DNA from: Guillardia theta CCMP2712
Taxonomy: Eukaryota > Protista > Cryptophyta
DNA length: 64,000 bases
Assembly: GCF_000315625.1 (NCBI RefSeq)
Contig: NW_005434645.1
Location: 581,033-645,032, forward strand
Direction: 5' to 3'
Under the pieces are notes generated by a model. It made no database searches. It was not told where the DNA came from and saw only the letters and a program-made list of their open reading frames with translations. Of the stretch, positions 11,173-24,105 are shown in pieces. The stretch's first letter is position 1; each line of letters opens with the position of its first letter. The translations under genes were made by a program, and so were the position numbers.

Positions 11173-14098
11173 ATAAGAATAGGAGAAATATACCAATCTC
11201 GGCTTCTCCATTGTTGCCCTTTTCGGGTTTGCTGCTCGTCGACTCTGTTGAAAAAGAAAACAAGTAAGCAATCAATATTTGATCAGCAGCAGAACAAGCA
11301 AGTCTGGGATAGGAAACATGATGGGGTAGGAGAGCGGAGGAGATTAGAGGAGGAAGGAAGAGAAAGGAGATGGGAGGTGGGAGTTTGGAGGAGCAGGCAG
11401 GAGGAGTAGAAGACTACCATTATCCGCTGCTGTTGTGTCATCCCTGTATCGTCTGCTGCTTGAGGAGTCTTGAGGAGTATGTCAGACATTTGAGGAAGTG
11501 TCCGAAGGGAGAAGAAAGGAAGGGAGGTTATACGAGCAAGAGCACGAGCAAGGAGGGAAGAGGGAGATGGAAACAGGAAAGAGGAAAAAAGGGAGCAGGA
11601 GGTACAGGGAGCAAGAAACTAGAGAGTAAAGCAGAGAGACAGGAAGGACAAGCTCGCAACAAGATCACCGTCCACGGAGCTGGCAGGAGTGAACATCGCA
11701 TCAGCCTCGGCACACACAGCAGAGAGCTCGTTGTTCTGCTTTTCCTGTTGGCGTGTGAGAAGGAAAATGGGAAGAGGAAGAGGAAGAGGAAGAGGAAGAG
11801 GAAGAGGAAGAGGAACCGAGAGGGGGAGGAGGAGGTAGGAGGGGAAACGGAAGAGGAGCACGGAGCCCAAGCTTCGACAGAGGAGGAAGGAAAGTTTGAT
11901 CCACCATGACAAGACGAACAATCGAGGGGAGGGGGAGAGCTGGAGGCGAGGGACTCACCTGCTCAAAGGCGAGACGACTGGCGGGGAGGACAGAGCCGTC
12001 AAGCTCGGAGAGGTTGAACTCTTCTTGGGCCTCCACCCTATGAGGATTCGTGAGGAGAAGATGAAAGAGAAATGACGGAGAGGAGAAGCAGCAGGAGCAA
12101 GAAAACAGCAGGAGCAGGAGGAGCACGAGAAGAAGCAGGAGCTGCAGGAGGAGCAGCAACAGTAGGAGCAGGAGCAGGTCAAGGGCTAGGAAAGCAATGG
12201 ATAGGAGGAAGAGGATCATAACTTGCCCTTACCTCTCCCAAGTTGCGCTCATCCATTTCGGAAGATTGAGCTTCTTGTCAGCGCGGAGGGGGGAGAGGGG
12301 AGGGGAAGAGATGGAAGAAGGGGAAAGAGCAGGAGACGAGGTCGGAGCAGCGTGAAGAGCATCGCCCTTCCTGGTTCCTGCCAGAGTTTCTCGTGCCAGT
12401 GCGGACAAAACTTTCTGGTCCTCCTGCAGTTGGTCGAGCTAACGTCCGATCAGGAGAGGACCAAGACAAGAGTCGTTGCTCACGCAATGAATGCGGATGG
12501 AGGTAAGCTGCGCCTCAAGCTGGTCTTGGAGGGACTTTGAAGTCTGCTGTGATGTGAGGTAAGAAGAGATGAAGGAGAAGAGGGGAGGTGAGGTGAGGAG
12601 AGGGAAGGTGAGGAGAGGAGAGGAGAGGAGAGGAGCGGAGAGGAGAGGAGAGGAGACAAGAAGACGAGGACAACAAATAGAAGGAGGGGGGGGGGGGGGT
12701 AGGGATAGAGACGAGAGCGGGAACAGGGGAAAGACAGAAAGGCTAAGTAAACCAGGCAAAGACTCCAAAATTCAACACCAAGAGAAAGAAAGTGCCAGAG
12801 AAAGACAAAGACAAAGACAAAGACAAAGACAAAGACAAAGAGAGAAACAGAGATCAGTGAAAGCAGGTCTTTACATGTGAGTTGGAAGACGGTTTGTGAT
12901 TCAAAAAGTCTGCAACGACTATCAGCAAATGCTGAGATCTCGAGGCTCTCTGAACCTGCAAGATTGATCTCGGGGGTTTCACTTCTCACTTTTCTTTGAG
13001 CATTCTGCAAACCAGTCATCTCCTACACGTCGAATCGATCATGCAGATACATTGTTTGAAGAGGAGGAGAAGCTTTCGCTCTCTGAGAAATTACAAGCTC
13101 AAGAACAAAGTTGATGGCATCCAGGTCAAACCTTTGCTGATATTGTCTGAGTAGTTGCAAATCGTCATTTCCGGCAGATTGCGATGTCCTGGAACCAAAG
13201 TGAGGAATGAAAAACAATTCATGCATGTGATCATCTGGTATCATTGTCGTTGACAACCATAACAATATCGTCACCATCATTACTACCATAAACACCATCC
13301 TCATCCTCGTCCTCATCACCATCACCATCACCATCACCAAAAAGAACAATAACAAAGTATAACTCCAGCTTCATAGTCACGATCATCAAACGTACCAGAT
13401 TGTGAAAACATCCAGGTTGCAATCTTAGACTGAAAAACTTGTCTGCACAAGAAAAATCATGCTTCATTCCCCGCTCTGTGTCCTCCTCCACCCCTTCATT
13501 CATCCCTCTCCCCCCCCCCCCCCTATCCTCCTTCTCTTCCTCCTTCCTTTCAAACCTCTTCTGCTCCTCCAGCTCTCTCTTCGAAATCGTTCCAGCTGCT
13601 GCTAGGGCGGATGCTGACAAACATCAGCATAAGATGTAGGTAAAGCACATTTTGCACAAGGAGCTGGAGCAGGATTAGCAGCAGGAGCAGGAGCAGGATT
13701 AGCAGCAGGAGCCGGGGAGCGGGAGCAGGAGCAGGAACAGCAATAAAAGGGAGTTTACCCGACTCGAGGATGAGGGAGAGCTCAGCTGACTGATCTCCCA
13801 TGCCTGATAGAGAGACGTCAAGACAGCAGGTAAGGAGGCCAGAGACAAAAGGAGAGGAACAAGAAGAGGAAACTCGTTGGAGGTTGTGGGGGGAACGGAA
13901 GATTGAGAAATCAAAAGCAAAGGAAGTGAATGAAGAATGAGCAAAGGGGAAAAATAATGAGTAGAGATGGAAAAGTCACCAGGAGGAGGAGGAACGTCGC
14001 TGCCAGAGGATAGAGGATGCTTGGAGCAGATGGCCATGCAGTAACCTCGAGCACACGAGATCCTCTCCACTCGATTTGCGAGGCGTGAAACTGAGAAA

Positions 14099-14153
<55 letters not shown>

Positions 14154-15988
14154 AGCGAGAAAAAGAATCAGTAAATGAGAGAAGGAAATAAGCGACTTCG
14201 TACATATCTTCTCCTGGTTATCTAATCCCTTCCTTCTCTTTTCCTCTCCTCTCCACTTGACAATGTTCTGTCCTCTAGTCTCCTCATCCTGCTCGCGAAC
14301 CTTACCACCTACTTCAATTTCTACCTCTACCTCTACCTCTGCCTCTGCCTTCTCTCCCCCCCGTTCCTCACCCAGCTTCGGCTCGGAAGCGTTCTTCATC
14401 TCTGGCTCCTTCTCCTCTTTCTTCTTCCTTTCTTTCTCGTTCTCCTCCGCCTCCTGCCCCAGCGCTGTCCCCTGCCGCCACGTCACTCCCTGCTCAGCAT
14501 GGCAAGACTTTACCAGCCCCCACGTGTAGAGCTGCCCGAACTTGTTGATCGCTGCCGAGTGAGTCTGCGCGCACGAAATGCCCACGATGTCCTTGAGACC
14601 TAAGGAGATAACGATGACGAGGAGCAAGGGGAGGAGGAGGAGGGGAGGAGATAAGCAGCAAAAGGAGCGCAAGGAGAAGGAGAAGCAGCAGCAGCAGCAG
14701 CAGCAGCGAGAAAGTCAGAGGTGGGCCCGAGCCAGACAATAAAAACAAAGGGGGGGAGAAGCGAGAAAGGGAAGAAGCTAGTAAATATCCCAAGGAGCCC
14801 TAAATATCCCCACAGCCCTCCGCCTTCCGCACCTGACACACAGGCTGGCTGGTAGGATGACAACTTGCTGGGCCCCAACCCCAGCTGCCCCTCCTCCCCC
14901 TGCTCTGCTCGTCAGACTCGAGAGCATCTACTTGCAGTAAACGTTCCTTGCCCCACACAAACACATCTCCCTTCACTGTCAGGGCCATCGAGTGCGTTTG
15001 CGCACAGGCGATCTAGAGAATGGAAGGTCAGCAGGGGTGCTGGTGATGAGCTGGGCAGGACCTGGCAGACAGGCTCTTCTCCTTCAATGTCGTCTTGGTG
15101 TTTACGGAAACCGAGGACTTTGACAAGTGAGCATGACAGCTGGGAAAGCAGGTGGGGGTGTACCAGCCTTGGGTGACAAACACGTGCTCTTGTCTCCATG
15201 ACCGACCTGACCAAATAAGTGAGAAGAATGAGGATGAAGATGAGCAAAGAAAGTTTGAGACTAAAAAAAAAAGAACAAACTATCTTCGTATAAACCCGAT
15301 ACCCGTCATCATCACAATATTCGTCGTCGTCATCATCATCATCTCAATCATCATTATCCTCTCCATCATCATCATAATCATCATCATAATCATCATCATA
15401 ATCATCATCATCGTAGTCGTCGCCTCATTCTTCTTCCTCTTACCTGTCCTTGGTCTCCCGTTCCCCAGGTAACAACTTGTCCATACTCGGTGACAGCCGC
15501 CGTGTGCCACGTGCCGCAGCTTATCTGAAGCCAAGATGAGAAGCGAAGGACGCGGGAGAGAAGGAGGGCGAGGAGGGAGAGGGAGAGCATGGAAGAAGAT
15601 AGAAGCAAGGGGAGGAGAGCATGGGAGAAGGTGGAAAGAGGAGGAGAAGAACACGGAAGAAGATCGAACGAAGGGGGGGAGAAGGAAGGAGATAAGCAGA
15701 GAGACGGAAAGTTCGAGGAAGCAAAGGAAAGGTGGGGGAGCAAGAATGAAAAGAGCGGTACATAGTTGAAAAAATAAAGTTACGGGGATAGGAATGGAGG
15801 AGGGAAAGGAAGGGGAAAGGAGGGGGTATGTGTGGATAGGAGGGGGTCGGGTCAGCATCTATCACCGTCCATGCTCTCCCTCGCAGGCCGTGAAAGGTGA
15901 CGAGGGTTGGAGAGGCTCTGAGGAAGACTTCGTGTGAGTTCTGCGACATTGCTCTCTCGCTGCTACTTTCCCTTTCCCACCACCATAG

Positions 15989-16051
<63 letters not shown>

Positions 16052-16052
16052 T

Positions 16053-16110
<58 letters not shown>

Positions 16111-19100
16111 CCCTGCTCCTGCTCCTTCCTTCTGCCCGACCTCCTCTTCTAAGTCACCTCTCCCTGACTCGCTCACCTGTCAAGCGTATCGCCCAGCCCG
16201 AGCTGACCAGTGAAGTTGAGGCCCCACGTGTAGACCTGCAACTGGTTACATGCTGGAGGAGACAAAGGAAAGAGGAAGTGAAGGCAGTAGGACGGGGAGG
16301 AGGAAGGTGGCTGGAGGAACTGAAGGAAGAAGGAGACTGGAAATAAAAGGAGGAGGGAGCAGGAGCTTACTTGGCCTGTGTAGGTGACGACAGCAGCATG
16401 ATGGGGTCCGAGAGAAGCCTGGAAGACAAACAGAAAGTTGAGCAAGCAAGAAATCGAGAGGTGAGGGAATGACAGACAGTTCAAAAAAGAAGACGTAAGG
16501 GCGGCAAAATTGAGCGAAGAAGATTCAAGAATACCAATGCGAGAGAGAGAAAATGGTGCAAATGGGTAAGGGCAAAGTCGGAGGGGGGTTGGGGGGTGGG
16601 GCGGGGAGGAGGCGGAAGTTGGAAGAAGAGGGGGGGGGGGGAGTGGGGGGAGAGGAGGCGGAAGTTGGAAGGAGAGGCAATCGAGACCTCCCAGACGCGA
16701 TGCGAGAGCTCCAAGACGAGCAGGGGGATCCAACCATATGACCTCTTGCCGTCCGACGCCCACGAGATGTCTCCCCATACGTATAGGTCACCCTGAAGTC
16801 CACGTGAGGAGGAAGGAATAGGAGGGGGAGGAGGGGAAAGAAGGTACGGCACGCTAGCTCTATGAAAGAACAAGGAAGAGGAGAAACAGACGAGAGGAGG
16901 AGCAGGGAGGGGGCAATGGGGAGCAATGTTAACCTTGTCCGTGACTGCCATTGACGCGAAGTCTGAGACTGCTATCTGCCTGCGAAGCGCCACGGGTTAC
17001 AAAAACAAGTCAAACAGATTCTTATCACAGACCTCACTGAAGATCCCGAGAGGTAGGAGACAGCACAAGGTTCTGAAGCAACTTTCAATTCTCCATCTCT
17101 CCTCTCCTCCTCTCCTCCCTCCTCTCTCCCCTCTCCCCTCCTCCCCTCTCCCCTCTCCCCTCTCTCCTCTCTCCTCTCTCCTCTCTCCTCTCTCCTCTCC
17201 TTCTCTTCCTCTTTCTCATTCCAATTGCACTCTTCTCCTTCATTACCATTCCGGGAAAATTCGTCACCATGGCCCAGCCTGCCTCCTGTGCCAACTCCCC
17301 ATGTGTAGACCGAGCCATCGCCCATGAGAGCCGTGCCTGAGGATGAGCCGCAGGCGACCTAGTCATGCGTGTGAGGGGAGAAAGCAAGGGGAGAGGAGCA
17401 GAGAACGGACAAGTGAGAAAGATTGTAGGCACAAGGAGACAATACAGAGAAGGAGAGATGAGAAATAATCAGTGAGCGAGGAGAGATGAAACATCAAAAC
17501 ACGACAGATGATGCAGGAAAGGGGAGAGCCGCAGACGACAGAGCTCTACGTACTTGAACGACGTTGGTATCAAGAAAAGCTTGCACAGCTGTAGGAAACT
17601 GCACAATCTTTGCAGTCTGCAAAGACACATCAGCATGTTTGGAGTGAAATACAACTGCGACGCAATCACAACCTTGGCTCGCATCCCGAGCTGATTGTTC
17701 TGAGCATCCCCCCAAGCATACACCTAGGAATAACAGGAGCTTTCACGTGAAGACATTGACGCAGTTCAACAGACCTCCTTGATGTCTCTCATGCAGCTCT
17801 GAATCGTCTCCAGCCAAGCTCGCACTCGCTGCATGCCATGACCCCTCAGCTCTCACCGCCGACTGCCCGCCACCCTCCGTCACCTCAGCATCCGCTGCAT
17901 CCAGCACGATGTGCCTTCCATGCTGCTTGCTGTCTCGACTTGTCTGCAGCTGCACCTGACGTCACTTCCGTCGGCACATCTGCCATCAGCGAGCAGACCC
18001 GGAGGCAGAAGGGATGGTTCTCCTCCGAGCACACTTGCGCAAACACAACCTCGCCAAGGTTGATACTCTTGTCGTCCTGACGTGCCGCATCGCTATCAGC
18101 CAACGAAAAAGATGGAAAAGAATCAAACGTTTCTCACCTTGTCAAGAAGGAGCCTCTCAGCTGGGGTGCTTCCTTCCCCGGCCTCTAGGTTGTGCTGCGA
18201 GAAAGTCGTCGCAATGTGAGGAGCGAGGACTGGAGAGGAGACGAGACGAGTGGAGCAACCTTGAAGTAGAAGAGCTGTCCGTTCTTGAGGACGAACCATC
18301 GGGCTGCCCACATCTGCGAGAGGACGAGTCAGCGTCAACAGGGGCAACAGCATCTGCTCACTCCGTGGCGCGATCGCTTGAGGAGGTTCCCCTCCTTGAG
18401 AGAGTCGGAGTACAGGCGGACGCTCTTCATCCGCTGCCATCGGTGTCATCCCCATCCTTCTCATGCGGCGACAAGAGGATCAGCAGACCTGGTTGATGAG
18501 TCGCAACCAGTCGATGGCCTCGTCCTCGGAGTTCACCGCTGCAACCTCCATCAGTCGCTGAAGGGAAACCGGAAGGGGCACGGGGTTACCGAAGCTCATG
18601 CTACTGTTGGATATCAAAGAGAGCGTGATGATGAATCCTGTCCATAATGGTCGATGTCTTCCCTCTATCAAGGATACGCTTGTTGCCGCTACCGTTCTCC
18701 GACATGTCGGACCTCTTGGCTGGGGCGGCAGAGACCGTTATCACTTCTACCAGGTGAGTTGTCTGCACCTGCGCCGTCTTAGACGCGATCACGTGTGCAT
18801 CATTTTGCAAACTTTCGACGTCGACTTGCTCTCTTGCGATCTCTTGACCATTAACTTGTCCGCCTTCAAGGTCAACTGCGCTGACACCTGCCCGATAGTT
18901 ATTACCATCTGAACTGGTCACGCTGTGTTCCCGCACCATGGTGTTGGTTGCTGGCTTCAGGACCAACACCTGAGGGACAGTGTCACAAGCAGGAAGTGAG
19001 ATGATAATGCCACTTGCAACCTCTCCCTCCCACTCGGGCAATGAATCTTCGGATTCTGACTGCTTCTGGTACGATGCTAAACCACAAACTCACGGATCGT

Positions 19101-19720
19101 TGGGACTTGCAGGGCTACAAACCTCGCATCAGCTGTGGCGTCATGTACGCGACTCCCTTCATGAGCCCTCCGGAGCTAGCATGGTGAGTGAGAAGATTGA
19201 GGCAGAACAGGCACGACAGACAACATTGGGTTCAGAGCTTCGTTGGCAGTCATCATCTTACTGCCTCTGGCTTTCGTGTCCTGCACGAACCGAATTCAAA
19301 CATGAAAGATTGGGAGGGAAGACAAAAATTATCAACCTGCACAGGGGGGTTCTTCAGGAAGTTGTTCAGCGTTGATGTCCTCGCCTTGGGACAGATTTTA
19401 GATACAATTCCGCATACCAAAGCAACAAAGATCATACTGTTGTGTCTTTTTTCTTTCCATCCAGTTCTCTTGAGCTGTTGGACATGGTCCTTTAAGGTTA
19501 AGTCAGCGGAGAACGAAGATCAGCATCAGTTCTTTTATGTTGCCCACGATGCAGAGGCTGTTTTCAAAGCGTGCTACACTCTCAATGACAAATCATCTAC
19601 GACGACCACCTCATTGAACTGAAGCTCGTCTACGTCATCGGCATTGCCTCGCCACGTCTCCATCAAATAAAAGACATCGACCTCCACTATTGCCTTCTCT
19701 TCATCGCATGCCACCATCAT
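10395..19720 (-). CDS. Multi-exon protein with PH domain(s), an RCC1 beta-propeller, a coiled coil and an acidic (EQ)n tail
   Basis: PH motifs KEGNLLKRSRHG/MWAARWFVLKNGQLFYFK and RVRAWLETIQ splice in frame to VYAWGDAQNNQLG. RCC1 blades GSVYTWGVGTGGRLGHGD, YTWGLNFTGQLGLGD, ISCGTWHTAAV, ISCAQTHSAAINKFGQLYTWG. Terminal exon boundaries are uncertain. Confidence 0.75.
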
Positions 19721-20348
19721 GCGGCCCCTCCCTCTCCCCTGCTTCAACCCCCGCCTGCCATGGGAATCGGAGGACTAGCGATGGGGGTGTAGAGAAACAT
19801 TACTCAATATATATAAGAAAAGAATTAGTATGAATCCGTGTTTAGCCTAGGCGGGCCCGATTATCACTTAAGCAGCTGAGGCGGGCTCTTTGATCTCGAT
19901 TGCAGTTCAACCGAAAGGACCCACCGGAGGTGTCGTGGATATTTTACTGGTCAAGACCACCCCTCCGTCCCTGCTCCTCCCCCCTCCCAGCCTCCTCCCA
20001 CGTGGAACCAGGCTTTCCGTTCCTCTCCTTTCGGGTCGGCAGGAGCTTCCCTCATGCAGATCTCAGCTCCTAGTGTCTGCTGCTCACTGTCCTTCAAGTC
20101 CTCTTCTTCTCTCCTCTCTGATTGATTATTTTCTTCTCCTCCTCCCCACACTGGTCACTAACAGCTCTTTTTTTTTCAGTCGCGGTTGCGTTGTACTACT
20201 GCTTCTTGGCGTCTGCACAAGCTGAGTGTATTGTTACTTGTTTGAGCTGCTGGGGTCTGGCGTATTCAAGCTAGTGTCTTGTCCTCGTGTGAGCTGGCTG
20301 TGTTGCCACAGCGTCCCCTGTTAGTTTTCTTCGAATTGCAACCAGCCA

Positions 20349-20734
20349 TGTTGGATGGCGCCGCCTGCCAGCCGGGGTTATCTAGCGAAGATTCTCTTTC
20401 AGCCCAGCTATCATTCGCTTCAAAATCGCTGAACAACTCGACCAAACGGTTGATAGAAGCATGCAACTCAGTGAAGGAACTGCAAGGTCATCTAAAGAAC
20501 ATGAACTTCATGGATATAACAGCTCAGTGCAAGACCACTGGAGCAGAGTTCTCACTGTCCGATGCATCAAGCTCACTGGACAACCTCAAGTCTCGAGTAC
20601 AGTCCCAGAAAGAAGGGGCGGGAACAGCACCTGCTGTCGTGAGGACATGGCTTCCGCACCTTGATGGAGAAGAAGCTGATTTAAAGGAACAGGGGTCCGT
20701 CAATCTCGTCAGGACCTGGTTGGGAGCAGTGTGA
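20349..20734 (+). CDS. Small intronless hypothetical protein, predicted helical/coiled coil
   Basis: ORF MLDGAACQ..SLNNSTKRLIEACNSVKELQGHLK..LDNLKSRVQ has protein-like composition; no recognised family. Confidence 0.45.
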
Positions 20735-20908
20735 CCAGACTGTTATTCTGGCTGCAATTGATTAATCCCAGTGAGCATGCAGCTTTCTTGGGAACAGACC
20801 TCATGGCTGGTCTCCCGTTACGCCAGAACAGTTGAGGTGTTCACCAGTTCATCGTATCATATCTGCTAGCGACTCGTCTTGGCTGGCTCTTTTCTAGTTT
20901 ACAAAGAA

Positions 20909-22315
20909 TTATGAAAACCTTACCCTCTTTCTTGCCCGCCCCTCACCCGATGATGCCCGATGTTTCCCGCGTGGATTGCTATGCAGAAGGCTATCCATTA
21001 GCTGGGTGTTGAGGTATTCTTCAAAACAAGAAATGCGCTCGACCAATTTCCCTGTCGAAATCGATTCGTTGAAAAGAGCAAGAGAGGTCAGGTTGTTGAT
21101 GAACTTTGAGAGTCTCCGCTCCTGGGGATATGTAACCAACCATCTCCATTCCTCCTGCTCATCGTAGAACTCAGACATTTTGATGGTCAAATTTCGACCA
21201 GCAGGAGGATCGTCTGACAAGCTTGCATTAAAATTTCTCTTCGGAATCATTCCAAATGCCTCATAAACACCACGAGGCCTGAGGTCCAGGCCCTCCCACT
21301 CGCCCCGCTCAAGTCTCTCAACGCACGTCTCGTTGATCCCGTACCACGAGCCAAGCTCCCCAACGGCTCCTTGCGGGAGTTTCAGTGTGACTTTGAGGTC
21401 GATGTTCTGCTCAGCAGCAGAGGCATTCAGCTTCTCAAAGTCTTCATAATCGGGCATGAAGTCGGTCTTGGAGCACTCCAACCCGTGCTCTTGGAACAGC
21501 CGATCGAGCTCGGGGTCAGAGGCTCTCTCGATGAGGGGAAAGCGTATCCCATCCTCATCCGTCTCTTCCGAGCCTTGCTCTGCTAGCAATGGATCTTCTA
21601 CTCCCAGGCTCTCCAAGTATTCAACGACTTCCTCCTGCTTGTTCAAGCGTGCCCATGACAGAGCCGAAGCATTCATATACATCCCGCTGTCGGCAATGGC
21701 ATGCACGTCTGCCCCTGCCTCCTGGAGTCTTTTGACCATGTCGACGCTCCCAGACATAGCAGCAAAGTGTATTGGACGATGACCAGAGGCTCCTGCGGCG
21801 TTGGGATCAGCTTCCAGCTCCAGGAGCGTCTTGACCACCTCGTCGCGACGCATGAAGCACGCGAAATGCAACGCCGTGAAGCCCTCCTCGTCCGGCAGGT
21901 TCACATCAGCTCCTAGCGAGACCAGCTTGAGGGTGGAAAGGACTCTCCCTGCCTCAGCGGCGCATTGCAATGGCGTCTTGTTGATGAAGTGCGTACAGCC
22001 GTTCACGTCCACCCCGCTCTTTACAAGCTCCTCGATGGTGGTCAGGTTCTCATAGGTTGCCGCCATGCAAAGACTATCGATGCGGAAGTAGTTCGGATCT
22101 GATTCCCTGCTCCTCACTCTGCTAGCCTTGTGCGGGTAGTCTGCACCTCCTGATCCGGACACGCTCCCCTGCAGCGAAATTTTCGTGGGGCCCGAGCTTT
22201 GCTCAGCTTGTCGGAGCGGGATGAGTCGCACCTGGTCATGATGGGAGGGCAGCACTCCAGCAAGGCCATGGCTTGCGAGAAGAAGAGCAGAGAGTAGGGT
22301 CCTCGCCTTCGCCAT
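20909..22315 (-). CDS. Ankyrin-repeat protein with a probable N-terminal signal peptide, intronless
   Basis: MAKARTLLSALLLASHGLAG; ankyrin repeats KTPLQCAAEAG, GFTALHFAC, GHRPIHFAAMSG, SALSWA. Confidence 0.85.
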   Translation of the reverse strand: MAKARTLLSALLLASHGLAGVLPSHHDQVRLIPLRQAEQSSGPTKISLQGSVSGSGGADYPHKASRVRSRESDPNYFRIDSLCMAATYENLTTIEELVKSGVDVNGCTHFINKTPLQCAAEAGRVLSTLKLVSLGADVNLPDEEGFTALHFACFMRRDEVVKTLLELEADPNAAGASGHRPIHFAAMSGSVDMVKRLQEAGADVHAIADSGMYMNASALSWARLNKQEEVVEYLESLGVEDPLLAEQGSEETDEDGIRFPLIERASDPELDRLFQEHGLECSKTDFMPDYEDFEKLNASAAEQNIDLKVTLKLPQGAVGELGSWYGINETCVERLERGEWEGLDLRPRGVYEAFGMIPKRNFNASLSDDPPAGRNLTIKMSEFYDEQEEWRWLVTYPQERRLSKFINNLTSLALFNESISTGKLVERISCFEEYLNTQLMDSLLHSNPRGKHRASSGEGRARKRVRFS

Positions 22316-22761
22316 CGATGTGCATGCGCTATCATGGGCCTTGATACGCCATGGTCCTGCCCCGTCGTTTGCGACGTCTGGTCTTTTCTCGCGCTGCCCT
22401 CCATAGTACTTTTGCTTCAAGGTATTTAGTGTTCTAATAATTTATTGCTGCCTTTCTGGCTTCCATCAGCCAGATTTGGCGAATATGTAGAAGGGGGGGG
22501 GAGGGAAGAGGACAAAGATCTGACTGCGGTGACTGCGACGAGGACGGGAGCGCATGAGAGTAATAGTCAGCATGGTATGTGCAGCAGGAGGAGAGGGGTG
22601 GAGGAGAGGGCAATGAACGTTTGCCTCTTGATCATAATGTGCTGTCAAAGGTATCTGACGGTGCTTTGTCTTCAGCATCATTGAATTCTGGCCATCATGC
22701 GCGTTGAGGTCTTGAGGGTCTAAGGAGGAGGAGGAGGAGGAGGCTGCGTCGTTCATCCGCC

Positions 22762-23725
22762 ATGGGGATCTTCTGGTCCAAGAAGAAGGTCTACTGGGTC
22801 CCTCCCCACCGCAAGCTGGAGGATCTGTTGGAGGACAACTCAAAATGGAAGCAGACCATGGACATGACGGGGTGGCAGCTTCAGAACTCAGTGCAGGACA
22901 AGCTCGGAGACGTCATGTCGAGCATCAAGACAACAGTGGAGATCAACTTGAGCTACAACGGCATCGGAGACGACGAGTGCGAGCAGCTTGCCAAGGTGAT
23001 CAAGCAGTCCAAGACCGTCAAGAGGCTCATCTTGGAGAACAACCACATCCACATGAAGGGAGCCCAGGTCCTCGCCGCTGCTCTCACGCCAGAGACGGGC
23101 AAGGACGACCCCGCGCTGGAGGAGCTGAACCTGAAGAACAACGGCGTTGGGAGCGAGGGAGCGACGGCGATCGCGCAGGTGCTGACGAGCAACAAGAACC
23201 TGAAGCAGATCAATCTCTACTGGAACAACATAGGAAACAGCGGCTTGCAGGCCATATGCCAGAACTTGCGCAATGATTTCCCGAAAGACTTCGTCCTGGT
23301 ACTCCCTCCTCGTCCGATTCCCCCCTCCTTCCATCCCCTCCCCTCTTCCATCCCCCTCCTCCTTCCATCCCCCTCCTCCTTCCATCCCCTTCCTCCTCCC
23401 TTCCCTTCCTGACTTTGCACTTGTCCTCTCATTCTCCCTCACCTCTCATCACTTTCCTCCATCATACGCCTCTTTCCTTGGCTACCTTGCTGTTATTCCC
23501 TTTGCTTGTTCAACCTCCTCTCGCTGTATCTCCTGCTGACATCACACTCAACATTCTCGTCCTCCTCTCACCCTGCTGCTTGCTCCTCTCACCTCTCATT
23601 GCAGGACATTCGATACAACGGCTTTGACCGCACTGACAAAAGGTAACTTGACACTTCCTGTGATACACAAACTCACGCTTTACAGCGTCAACTGGACAGA
23701 GATGGAGAGCAAAATAAGGAGGTGA
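22762..23725 (+). CDS. RNI-like leucine-rich-repeat protein, possibly N-myristoylated
   Basis: MGIFWS N-terminus; LRRs INLSYNGIGDD, LILENNHI, LNLKNNGVGSEGA, INLYWNNIGNSG; two further exons DIRYNGFD../SVNWTEMESKIRR*. Confidence 0.85.
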
Positions 23726-24105
23726 CAGCTGCTGTCTCGCCTTCCTCCCTCCGCCTCCCCTCGACTCCTTTCTGATGCTCCTCCCTGCTGATCCTTTTGA
23801 GCAGCTCCCGCCTGTGTTTGACGGCCAAAGGCGTCGGCCCCAAGCTTCTCGGTTGGCCTCCGTTTTGACCAGCCTCTCCCTTCCTCATCGCATGGGTGTA
23901 AGCGGCAAGGGCTGCGAAATGTAGGAAAGATTGGGGAGAGGAGATCAGGGAGACTGTAAAAAGGAGAGAAGGAGATGGGAGTTTTTGGCGGGATAGTGAT
24001 ATTTGTATAATGTGACACGTGAACGACGAGTTCGGTAGACAAACATCTAATATTTCAAGATTGAAACATTACAAGTAAATGAGCCGCTAGATTGCCGGAA
24101 ACAGT

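Noticed and set aside
10440-17330. Many poly-Leu, poly-Ser/Cys and (GA)n ORFs
   Set aside because: They are stop-poor readings of simple repeats, antisense to or inside introns of the PH-RCC1 gene.
23680-24042. Extra GT2 exon overlapping the LRR gene end
   Set aside because: An in-frame TAG at 24106 gives a simpler end, and the extension has no homology signal.
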